Below, piece after piece: positions 28,428-36,724 of a DNA stretch of 64,000 bases. A program made the translations under genes and the position numbers. The DNA is from Planctomycetota bacterium (GTDB taxonomy: Bacteria; Planctomycetota; MHYJ01; WSZJ01), in the NCBI GenBank assembly GCA_038060895.1, contig JBBTCT010000022.1, forward strand, positions 64,001 to 128,000, read 5' to 3'. Within the stretch, counting starts at the first letter, position 1. Each line of letters begins with the position of its first letter. Below the pieces are notes generated by a model that saw only the letters and a list, made by a program, of their open reading frames with translations, was not told the origin of the DNA and ran no database searches.

Positions 28428-28948
28428 GCCTTCTCCGCGCCTTTGAGGAACGCCTGCCGGTTCGCTTCGACCGCTTTCGGCGGCGAGAGCTTCTCGAGGG
28501 CGGCGAGCAGGGAAGCGCGCGCCGGGAAGGCGCCAGGCGCGGCGGTGGACGAGAAGCCGAGGAGTGCGATGTTCGCCGCGCGGGTGGCGTTCAGCTCCCG
28601 GGCGATCGCCGACGCGTCGAGCGACCGCGCGCCTTCGGCCGCCGTCGCGTTCACGAAGCACGCGCCGCCTTCGCGCAGGAACGACCGCGCGTCCGCCAGC
28701 CGGGTCACGTCGATCGCGACCGTCACATCGGCTTTCCCGCGGCGCACCAGCGGCCCCTCGAACCCGCCGATCTTCACATGCGACTCGACGGCGCCGCCGC
28801 GCTGGGACATCCCGTGCGTCTCGCTGACGATGGCGTCGCGTCCCTCCATCTCCGCCGCTTCCGCGAGGAGCCGAGTGACGAAGAGAATCCCCTGGCCGCC
28901 GAGGCCGAAGATGACGATCTGGGAACGCGTCGCGGCGGCGGCGATCAC
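28424..28948 (-). CDS. iorB: Indolepyruvate:ferredoxin oxidoreductase beta subunit
   Basis: GLGGQGIL, SETHGMSQRGGAV, ANIALLG, N..AF..G; GTG start overlaps the iorA stop. Confidence 0.88.
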   Translation of the reverse strand: MIAAAATRSQIVIFGLGGQGILFVTRLLAEAAEMEGRDAIVSETHGMSQRGGAVESHVKIGGFEGPLVRRGKADVTVAIDVTRLADARSFLREGGACFVNATAAEGARSLDASAIARELNATRAANIALLGFSSTAAPGAFPARASLLAALEKLSPPKAVEANRQAFLKGAEKA

Positions 28949-30756
28949 GTGAGCGGGACCTCCTTCTTCAGCGGCAGGATCGCGTCGGACGGGCACATGT
29001 ACACACACTGGCCGCAGTCGATGCACTTCGTATGGTCGATCACCACCTTCCCCGTCGCCCGGTCCTTCACGAGTCCCGGGCACTCGCACATCTTGAGGCA
29101 GTAATCGCACCCGTCGCACAGTCCCGAGTCGATCTCCACGGGCGTCCGGACCTCGGGCGGCTGGTAGAGCGCGCAGGGACGCCGCGCGACGACGACTGCG
29201 ATCCCGCCCTCGGGTTCCTTCGTCCAGGCCCGCGCTTCCTTGAGAATCGCGATTCCGCCCTCGACGTCGTACGGGTCCGTCGTCCGGACCCATTTGACGC
29301 CCACGGCCCGGCAGATGGCCTCGATGCTCGCGCCGGCGTCCGCGGGCGTCGGCTGCGCGCCGGTCATGGCGACGATGCCGTTGTCGGAGACGACGCAGAC
29401 GAAGCGTGCGCGGGCGGCGACGGCGTTGAGAAGGGCGGGGATGCCGCTGTGGAAGAACGTGGAGTCGCCGATGATCGCGACGATCGGGATGTCTTTTCCA
29501 TCGAGCCGGTGCGCGCGCCAGAAACCTGTCGCCATGGTGATCGACGCCCCCATGTCGAGGCAGGTGTCGATCGCGCGCTGGTTGGTGCCGAGCGTGTAGC
29601 AACCGATGTCGCCTGCGAAGATGGCGCCCGGCATCGCCAGCTTGAGCTCGTAGAAAACCGAACGATGCCCGCACCCCGGGCAGAGGCGGGGGGGAAGCGG
29701 CGCCGACGGCGGCGCGGGGGGCGGCGGCCGGCAGCCGAGGAGGCGGGCGACGACCTCGGGGGTCAGCTCCCCGTGCCCGGGCACGTGGCCGGTCAGCCGT
29801 CCCTGGACATCGCGCCGGTCCGGGATCTGCATCTCGATCGCAGCATCCGGCTCCTCGATGACGAGCACGCGGTCGTGGCGCGCGACGAAGCGCGTGACGA
29901 GGCCGAGGGGAAGCGGGTACGGGGTCCCGATGCGGAGGACGGGGATGTCGAGCCCTTCTTCGGCCAGGACGTCGCTCACGGCGGCGGCCACGCAACCGCC
30001 GGCGATGATCCCGAACGGCGTCGGCCGCGGGTCTTCGACATTGAACGGCGACGTCTCGAACTCCGCGCGGATCGCCTCGAGCTTCGCGTTGAGCTCCGCG
30101 TGAAGCGGCAGCCGGAACCGCGGCGTCGCGGCCCAGCGTTCGGGGTCCTTCGAGAATTTCGCCGGCCGCGGCCGCCGGTCGAGCGGCCCGGCATCGATCG
30201 CCTGCCGCGAGTGGCAGACGCGCGTCGTCGGTCGCAGCAGGACCGGGAGCCGGTGCCGCTCCGACAATTCCATTGCCGCCATCGCCATCGCCCGCGCTTC
30301 CCGCGGTGTCGACGGGTCGAACACGGGGGTCTTCGCGAAGATCGCGAAGAGCCGCGTGTCCTGCTCCGTCTGCGACGAGTGCGGCCCGGGGTCGTCGGCT
30401 GCGACCACCACGAAGCCGCCTAGGCATCCGGTGTAGGCCGCCGAGAGCAGCGAGTCGCTCGCGACGTTCAGACCGACCTGCTTCATTGCCACCGCGGTGC
30501 GCTTCCCGCACATCGACGCCGCCAGAGCGACGTCGAACGCGATCTTTTCGTTCACGGACCATTCGGTGGCGACTGCGGCGCCGAGGGCGTCGCGCTGGCG
30601 CACGATCTCCTCGAGGATCTCGGTGCTGGGCGTCCCGGGGTACGCGGTCGCGACCTCGCAGCCGGCCTCGATCAGGCCGCGCGCAATGGCGCCGTTGCCG
30701 AGAAGGACTTCCCGGGCAGGCGCCGAAGTCTGTTTCAGGGACGTGTCGGGGTCCAC
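28945..30756 (-). CDS. iorA: Indolepyruvate:ferredoxin oxidoreductase alpha subunit
   Basis: LLGNGAIARG, YPGTPSTE, NEK, MKQVGLNVA, SSQTEQD, LCPGCGH, GDIGCYTL, GDSTFFHSG (TPP), two C-terminal ferredoxin motifs. Confidence 0.93.
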   Translation of the reverse strand: MDPDTSLKQTSAPAREVLLGNGAIARGLIEAGCEVATAYPGTPSTEILEEIVRQRDALGAAVATEWSVNEKIAFDVALAASMCGKRTAVAMKQVGLNVASDSLLSAAYTGCLGGFVVVAADDPGPHSSQTEQDTRLFAIFAKTPVFDPSTPREARAMAMAAMELSERHRLPVLLRPTTRVCHSRQAIDAGPLDRRPRPAKFSKDPERWAATPRFRLPLHAELNAKLEAIRAEFETSPFNVEDPRPTPFGIIAGGCVAAAVSDVLAEEGLDIPVLRIGTPYPLPLGLVTRFVARHDRVLVIEEPDAAIEMQIPDRRDVQGRLTGHVPGHGELTPEVVARLLGCRPPPPAPPSAPLPPRLCPGCGHRSVFYELKLAMPGAIFAGDIGCYTLGTNQRAIDTCLDMGASITMATGFWRAHRLDGKDIPIVAIIGDSTFFHSGIPALLNAVAARARFVCVVSDNGIVAMTGAQPTPADAGASIEAICRAVGVKWVRTTDPYDVEGGIAILKEARAWTKEPEGGIAVVVARRPCALYQPPEVRTPVEIDSGLCDGCDYCLKMCECPGLVKDRATGKVVIDHTKCIDCGQCVYMCPSDAILPLKKEVPLT

Positions 30757-30797
30757 GGGCGTGATTTTATCCTCGGGGGAACGGAGGCGATAGGTGA

Positions 30798-30810
30798 TTA
30801 ATGTGCTTAA
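30798..30810. promoter_or_regulatory. Operator-like palindrome copy 3 (TTAATGTGCTTAA), followed by an extra TTAATG half-site
   Basis: About 40 bp upstream of the iorA start; AT-rich patch in GC-rich DNA. Confidence 0.65.
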
Positions 30811-30823
30811 TTAATGTCTCGTG

Positions 30824-32044
30824 TCACAGGACCGCCTGCGGCGCGACGTCCCGGCCTGGAGTCGAAAGCCGCGCGGGCTCATGCCCCGGCAGGTGTGTTT
30901 CGCCGCGCCCGCCGCGGACTCCGGCGGGAGCTTTTGCGCGCGCCCGGAAAGTGGCAATTCCGAGCGTGGCGAAGAAGAAGACAATGGAGGCGGCGTTGAG
31001 GAGCCCGCCCCACTGGCGGCCGGGCATCCAGGCGGTCGCGTCGGCGACAAGCCGGACGGCGAGAGTTGCGTGGAGGCCGGCGAGAGGGAGGTACAGGAAG
31101 CGGGTCCAGGCGGCAGGGAGACCGGTGACCGCGGGGAGGATGACGGGTGCGTGTGCCATGATCATGCTGAAGACGAAACCCAGGAAAATGGCGTGGTAGG
31201 CGAAATCCCGGCTTAGCGCGTTGCGGGCGAGATCGGGCGCCCAGCCTGTGAGAAAGACGCCCGCGACGGCCAGCCAGGCATATCCGGAGAGAAGGCCGGT
31301 GGCGATGAAGCGCGGGAGGCCGGCGATGCGGACGGTGCGGCGTGCGACGTCGAAGCGCAACAACCAGACGGCGAGGACGGCGAAGACCACGCCGAGGGCG
31401 CGCAGGCCGTGCGGCGGGTCGACCGTCGCCCAGGCGAGTGTTGCGCCCAGCGCGGCGACGGCGGTCACGAATGAGATGGTCGCGAACCGCGTCAAGCGCG
31501 TCATCCGGCTGAGTTCGAGTCTTTCCGCGGCGATCGTCAGCACAAGGAACCCCATCCACCACGGCACGACCTTGCTGATCGGGCTCCCGAAGAACCACAG
31601 CGCGTTGCCGGCGAGCCAGCTGACGGCGCCCAGCGTGATCACGGCGGAATGCAGCACGGGTTGGCGAACCAGCACCACTCCCGTGACCAGCGACAGGATT
31701 GCCGCTTCGGCGACGAAGAACCCGCGGGCCCACCGAGGGTCAAGCGGGCTCACTTCCGGCAGAGTCCCGAAGAGAGCCACGGCGCCGAGGAGCGCGAAGA
31801 CGGGAGTCAGCCAGCCCCACCACCGGCCTAGCGCCACGGCCCGCTCCACGCCGATCACGCCGCCCAGGAATCCGCAGACGACCAGCGCGCCGTGAATTTC
31901 CGGCATCCGCTCCCACGGCACAGGCCATCCCCACCCGATCCGCACCAGCCCGCCCCAGAGCGCCGCCAGCAGCAGGACGACGAAGAGGCCCAGCAGCGGC
32001 AGCGGCCCCGTCTTGCGCGCAAGCTGGCCGAGGGGACAGGCCAT
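30824..32044 (-). CDS. Polytopic membrane protein, distantly NnrS-like (HG.L.V.GFLG..I..ERAVAL family)
   Basis: Many hydrophobic segments; IHGALVVCGFLGGVIGVERAVAL, LTIAAERLELSR, HAIFLGFVFSMIMAHAPVILP. Confidence 0.8.
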   Translation of the reverse strand: MACPLGQLARKTGPLPLLGLFVVLLLAALWGGLVRIGWGWPVPWERMPEIHGALVVCGFLGGVIGVERAVALGRWWGWLTPVFALLGAVALFGTLPEVSPLDPRWARGFFVAEAAILSLVTGVVLVRQPVLHSAVITLGAVSWLAGNALWFFGSPISKVVPWWMGFLVLTIAAERLELSRMTRLTRFATISFVTAVAALGATLAWATVDPPHGLRALGVVFAVLAVWLLRFDVARRTVRIAGLPRFIATGLLSGYAWLAVAGVFLTGWAPDLARNALSRDFAYHAIFLGFVFSMIMAHAPVILPAVTGLPAAWTRFLYLPLAGLHATLAVRLVADATAWMPGRQWGGLLNAASIVFFFATLGIATFRARAKAPAGVRGGRGETHLPGHEPARLSTPGRDVAPQAVL

Positions 32045-32046
32045 GG

Positions 32047-32385
32047 CTACCACCCCATCGCGGCCCGCGCCGATGGCGAGAGGAGTTCATGCGACCACGG
32101 GGGCTCCCAGACCAGCGACACCGTGCAGGAGCGGACGCCGGGGACCCCCATCTCTACCGCCCGTTGTGCGCCGCTCACCATGGCCGGCCCGACGGGGCAA
32201 CCCATGCTGGTGAGCGTCATCTTGATCTCCACGTCCTTGTCCAGAACAGTGACCTCGTAGACGAGCCCGAGTTCGACGATGTCCAGGCCGAGCTCAGGGT
32301 CGAGGATGCCGTGAAGAGCCTCGATGACCTTCTTCATCGTGGGGACATCGTCCCGGCCGGGAATGGAGTGGTCGATTTGTCTCAT
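32047..32385 (-). CDS. DUF59 / SufT-like metal-sulfur cluster assembly factor (start may be 32337)
   Basis: ILDPELGLDIVELGLVY, MTLTSMGCP, LVWEPPW. Confidence 0.9.
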   Translation of the reverse strand: MRQIDHSIPGRDDVPTMKKVIEALHGILDPELGLDIVELGLVYEVTVLDKDVEIKMTLTSMGCPVGPAMVSGAQRAVEMGVPGVRSCTVSLVWEPPWSHELLSPSARAAMGW

Positions 32386-32671
32386 GATGGAGAAGTTTCA
32401 CACAAGCCGTGTGCCGCGAAATGCGCAGGGGGCGAGGTAGCGCGCAGCGGATTTTTCCCCCGCGCAGCGTGGATTCACACAAATCAGGGGGTTGGGCACA
32501 GTGAATCTGGTCCAGCGCTGTTGTGACTGCAGCTGCGGACGGCTACGAACTACATCATCGCCGAACCCTATGCGTCATTCGTTTTTTCCGATGTTGGAAT
32601 CCGAAATTGCGCTGAACCCACCACTTCTGATCCTCGGATTATGGCTTGCCCTATTCCGGCTATTGTATTAG

Positions 32672-32684
32672 TTAATGACATTTA
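32672..32684. promoter_or_regulatory. Operator-like palindrome copy 4 (TTAATGACATTTA)
   Basis: 1 mismatch to TTAATGnCATTAA; about 70 bp upstream of the Hzs-like/Rnf-like operon. Confidence 0.55.
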
Positions 32685-32756
32685 CTAGTATTCCGACGGC
32701 CAGATTAGGCCGCGGAAAATGACCCCTGGGATCTGCCGCCGTTCAGGAAGGAATCC

Positions 32757-35687
32757 ATGAACCGTGATCGCCTGTTCGTTGTCTTCGCGATCCTCTCTCT
32801 CGGTGTCGGCATCACCGTCTCCCTGGCGCGAGCCGGAAGAGCGGCCGATTCCAGCGTGCTTCCCACCGCGAATTCCATCGCCGACTCCTGGAAACGGCGC
32901 TCGCTTCGCCCCGTCCCGAACCCCGATCCGAACGCGAAACCGCAGCCTCACCGCTGCCGTCCGTACCGCGTCGCCGCTTCGGCGGACGGCGAGCGAGCCT
33001 GGGTCACGCTCTCCGGAAAAGAGATCTGGCCCGGCTCGGAGGTCGCTGTCCTCGATGTCCCCGGGCGGCGCGAGGTCGGCCGCGTCGCCGTCGGTTCCTA
33101 CCCCTACGCCATCCGGATGCACCCCGCCGGCAAGTGGGTCGTCGTCACCAACCGTTACTCCAACTTCCTCTCCGTCATCGACGCCGTCACGAACAAGGTT
33201 ACTTCGGAGATTCCGGTCCCGTTCTATTGCGAAGAGCTTGAATTCTCCCCCGACGGGCGCCTCGCCTGCCTCTCGAATTTCTGGAACAACCAGGTCCTGG
33301 TCGTCGACCTGCAGGAAATGGACGGTTGCCTGAAGGGACGGATGCGTGAGCTGGGCTTCGACCGCGCGGCGTTCCGGGGCGAAGAGGCCGCCGGGACCAT
33401 CAGAGAGTCGGTGTGCGAGGCGTGCGGCTGGCGGGGCGAGCCGGCTTTGAAATGTGCCCGCTGCGGCGCGCCGGCGCCGCGGATCGTGGAGCGGCCGCGC
33501 GCCGTTTCGCGGCCGGGCGGCGTTTACTCCGCGCTGCGCGCCGGCTGCGGGACGGCGGGTTGCCACCTGTACGGGCTCGGCGGCTTCACGGCCGGTCCGG
33601 ACCCCGCGGAGACTTTCCGCAGCGCTGTGGCCCACGCGTTCCCTGACGCGCCCGAGGCCAGCCCGCTCCTCCGCTGCACAACCTCGCTCCGCGACGGCGG
33701 CTGGGCCGATGGCATCGACGGCCGGCACCACCCGGGCGGTGTCGCCTTCGCCGACCCCGCTCACAACCCCGACTACGCGCTCATCCGCGATTGGATCGCC
33801 TCGGGAACCGAGGGCCCCGGGATCTCCGTCGGCGACAAGCCCCGCGACATGGCCTTCAGCGCGGACGGACGCTTCCTCTTCGTCGCCAACACCGGCTCGC
33901 TCGACGTCTCCGTGATCGACCTCTCGACCCTCCGCGAGACCCGCCGCATCTTCACCCGCTCCCCCGTCAACGACATCGCGTGGGCCGGAGACCGCCTCGT
34001 TTTCGCCACCCTCGGCGTCGGTTCAGGGCACCCCAAGGCGCGCAACCCGGCGCGCGAGTCCCTCGATCGGACAGGCGCGGAGACGGAATTCTCGCTGAAG
34101 CGCGACTTCGCGACAGGGAAGCCTCTTCCGCTCGAGAACCAGGACCCCCTGGGCCCCTACGACGATGTGGACGGGACCGCGCAGGAGAAGTTCCGGGACA
34201 TCACGAACGACGTCGTGCTGCTCGACCCGTCGGTGAGCGACGTCGCGGCATACGCGGCGACGGACGCGTGGGTGAGGTACACGTCGGACACTTTCGAGGC
34301 CCTGCCGGGAGACAAGAGAGGCGACGTGCCTCCGGAGCTGATGAAGGTTGCCGGGGCGTTCCCTGAGCAGATCGCGACCGCGGCGGACCGGGTTTACGTG
34401 ACGATGTCCGGCACGTTCCAGGTGCAGGAGTGGTCGCGCGAAGGAAACCGGCTGGTCCCGGGGCGCGTGTTCGATACGGGGTTCAAGCCTTCGGGGATCG
34501 CCGCCGCGGGGCGCACCCTGGTCGTCGCCAACCACCTGCAGGAAAGCGTGACGTTCATCGACCTCGAATCCGGCGCGGCCTCCTCGCTTTCGCTGTCGCA
34601 AATCCTCGAGCCGTTCCCGGCAACGGATTTCGAGCGCGGCGAGTTCTTCGTCCAGACGTCGATCTTCTCCGTCGACCAGGACCAGAGCTGCGTCCACTGC
34701 CACTTCCGCGACACCTCCGACGGCAAGAAATGGTCCGTGAGCCAGACCATGGGCCAGAGCCGCGACGGAAATGAGCGCGCCGGCGGCAGCCGCGAGGTCC
34801 CGGATATGCGCGGGCTCTTCCATGACGTCCCCTTTTTCGTCGAGGGAACGCTCACCATGGACGAGCCGCTCACCATGATCATGGAGCAGAACCCGCTCGT
34901 GGATTTCCAGGGCAGGACGCCCGTCGGCGACTTCACGGGAATCGTGGCGACGCCCGACGAAGAGAAGAAGTACTCGAAGTCGGCGGACGCGATCGTGGTG
35001 GCGACGGGGAAGTGGTCGTCGCCGGATGTGAAGCTGGCAGATCTAATGAAGCGCCGGGAGATCCACTTTGCGAGGATCTCGGAGAAGTACTGGGGGAGCG
35101 CGTATGGTCTTCGCGACTGCCAGAAGTTCGTGGGGGCGTATCAGGGGGAAGAGCCGAGGCTGCTGGCGAACCCGGAGGCCTCCGAAGATCCGATGGTCGT
35201 TCAGGGGAAGGCGATCTTCGAGGACGCACGGGTCGGGTGCGCCCAGTGCCACCCCGCGCCGGCGTTCACGGACAAGAAGCACCCGAACAACATGAACCGG
35301 TCTTTCCCGCCGCTTGTGACGCCGGCGCCGCGGGACAACGTGCACACGCTGGTGAGCGCGGACCGCCTCGACGCGATCAACGGGTTCGTGCGGGCCTGGG
35401 ACGCGGAGGACAAGGGGCGCGTCGAAGAGCGTGAAGGGTTCTTCGTGGCGCCGTCCTTGCGCGGCCTCTGGGCGCGCCCGCCGCGGCTGCTGCACCACGG
35501 CCGGGCGGTCAGCCTGCGGGAAGTGGTTTGCACGCCCGGCCACGCCGCCCTCAAGCCGCTTCCCTACGGCCGCCACGAACAGGGGCTCAACGAACGCGAC
35601 GGCGTGCCGGACACGCACGGCGTGACGTCGCACCTCATGGTCTGGGAGATCGAATGCCTGGTTCGCTACCTGCGCTCCATCGAATAG
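32757..35687 (+). CDS. Exported YVTN/YncE beta-propeller protein with c-type hemes and C-terminal diheme CCP/MauG-like domain (HzsB+HzsC-like architecture)
   Basis: N-terminal hydrophobic helix; repeats VGSYPYAI..HP.G, VGDKPRDMAFSADG..LFVANTGS; CEAC/CARC insert; CGTAGCH, CVHCH, CAQCH; VPDMRGL and APSLRGLW...LHHGRA.SL.EV. Confidence 0.8.
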   Translation: MNRDRLFVVFAILSLGVGITVSLARAGRAADSSVLPTANSIADSWKRRSLRPVPNPDPNAKPQPHRCRPYRVAASADGERAWVTLSGKEIWPGSEVAVLDVPGRREVGRVAVGSYPYAIRMHPAGKWVVVTNRYSNFLSVIDAVTNKVTSEIPVPFYCEELEFSPDGRLACLSNFWNNQVLVVDLQEMDGCLKGRMRELGFDRAAFRGEEAAGTIRESVCEACGWRGEPALKCARCGAPAPRIVERPRAVSRPGGVYSALRAGCGTAGCHLYGLGGFTAGPDPAETFRSAVAHAFPDAPEASPLLRCTTSLRDGGWADGIDGRHHPGGVAFADPAHNPDYALIRDWIASGTEGPGISVGDKPRDMAFSADGRFLFVANTGSLDVSVIDLSTLRETRRIFTRSPVNDIAWAGDRLVFATLGVGSGHPKARNPARESLDRTGAETEFSLKRDFATGKPLPLENQDPLGPYDDVDGTAQEKFRDITNDVVLLDPSVSDVAAYAATDAWVRYTSDTFEALPGDKRGDVPPELMKVAGAFPEQIATAADRVYVTMSGTFQVQEWSREGNRLVPGRVFDTGFKPSGIAAAGRTLVVANHLQESVTFIDLESGAASSLSLSQILEPFPATDFERGEFFVQTSIFSVDQDQSCVHCHFRDTSDGKKWSVSQTMGQSRDGNERAGGSREVPDMRGLFHDVPFFVEGTLTMDEPLTMIMEQNPLVDFQGRTPVGDFTGIVATPDEEKKYSKSADAIVVATGKWSSPDVKLADLMKRREIHFARISEKYWGSAYGLRDCQKFVGAYQGEEPRLLANPEASEDPMVVQGKAIFEDARVGCAQCHPAPAFTDKKHPNNMNRSFPPLVTPAPRDNVHTLVSADRLDAINGFVRAWDAEDKGRVEEREGFFVAPSLRGLWARPPRLLHHGRAVSLREVVCTPGHAALKPLPYGRHEQGLNERDGVPDTHGVTSHLMVWEIECLVRYLRSIE

Positions 35688-36724
35688 CCCTCGCCACCGC
35701 CGCCGCGTTCGCGCTGGCCGGCCTCGGCCTGTGGGCGCGTCGCGACGCGTTGCCCGCCGCCGCCCCGTCGTCCGCCGCTTCCGGCGGCACCGTCGTCCGC
35801 GCGACGCGGCCGCTCATGGGAAGCGTCTTTGAAATCGCGGTCTGGGCGCCTGCGGGGAAAGAGCCGGAGGCGGCTGAGGCGGCGCGGGCGGGGCTGGACC
35901 TGGTTGCGGCGCTCGAGGAGAAGATCAGCGAGTGGAAACCGTCGAGCGAGATTTCCGCCGTGAACGCGGCGGCGGGGGGCGAGCCTGTGAAGGTCGGGCC
36001 CGAGACGCGCGAGCTCGTCGGCGCGATGGTCGAGTGGTCGCGGCGGACGGGTGGAGCGTTCGACGTCACGGGCGGGCCTCTGTTCCGGCGGTGGGAGAAG
36101 GCGCGCAAGGAGAAGGACCTTCCGTCGGGCGCGGAGGTCGACGCGCTTCGGGCCCTCGTCGGATGGGAGAAGATCACGCTGGGCGCCGGAGCGGTCCGCC
36201 TCGCGAAGCCTGGAATGGCGATCGGTACGGGAGCGATCGGCAAGGGCTGGGCCGCCGACAAGGCGGGGGCGATGCTCGAGGAGCGCGGATTCCCCGACTA
36301 CATCGTGGACGCGGGAGGCGACCTGCGCGTCGGTGGCTCGCGCGGCGGCGAGCCGTGGACGGTCGCCGTGAAAGAGCCGCGGCGCGAGGGCTTTCTCGCG
36401 ACGATCGCCGCCGCGCCCGGCGGCATCGCGACATCCGGCGATTACGAGCGGTTCTGGCTCGTGGACGGCGTGCGCTACTCCCACATCCTCGACCTCCGAA
36501 CCGGCTGGCCGGCGCGCGGCCTCGCAAGCGTCACCATCATCGCGCGGGACGGCACTTCGGCCGACGCCCTTGCCACGGCCGTATTCGCGATGGGGCCGGA
36601 GAAGGGGCTCGAGTTTGCGAATGGTCTCAAGGGGGTGGAAGCGATGCTGGTGCGCGACGACGGAGGGGAGATCTTCACGCGCGGCCTTCGGCGGAAAGGC
36701 GACCGGCTGGAGGTGATCCGGTGA
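35654..36724 (+). CDS. apbE: ApbE FAD:protein FMN transferase
   Basis: LMGS, SEISAVN, GAFDVT, GAIGKGWAAD, DAGGD, ATSGDYER, YSHILD, ADALATA; N-terminal membrane anchor. Confidence 0.92.
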   Translation: MPGSLPALHRIALATAAAFALAGLGLWARRDALPAAAPSSAASGGTVVRATRPLMGSVFEIAVWAPAGKEPEAAEAARAGLDLVAALEEKISEWKPSSEISAVNAAAGGEPVKVGPETRELVGAMVEWSRRTGGAFDVTGGPLFRRWEKARKEKDLPSGAEVDALRALVGWEKITLGAGAVRLAKPGMAIGTGAIGKGWAADKAGAMLEERGFPDYIVDAGGDLRVGGSRGGEPWTVAVKEPRREGFLATIAAAPGGIATSGDYERFWLVDGVRYSHILDLRTGWPARGLASVTIIARDGTSADALATAVFAMGPEKGLEFANGLKGVEAMLVRDDGGEIFTRGLRRKGDRLEVIR

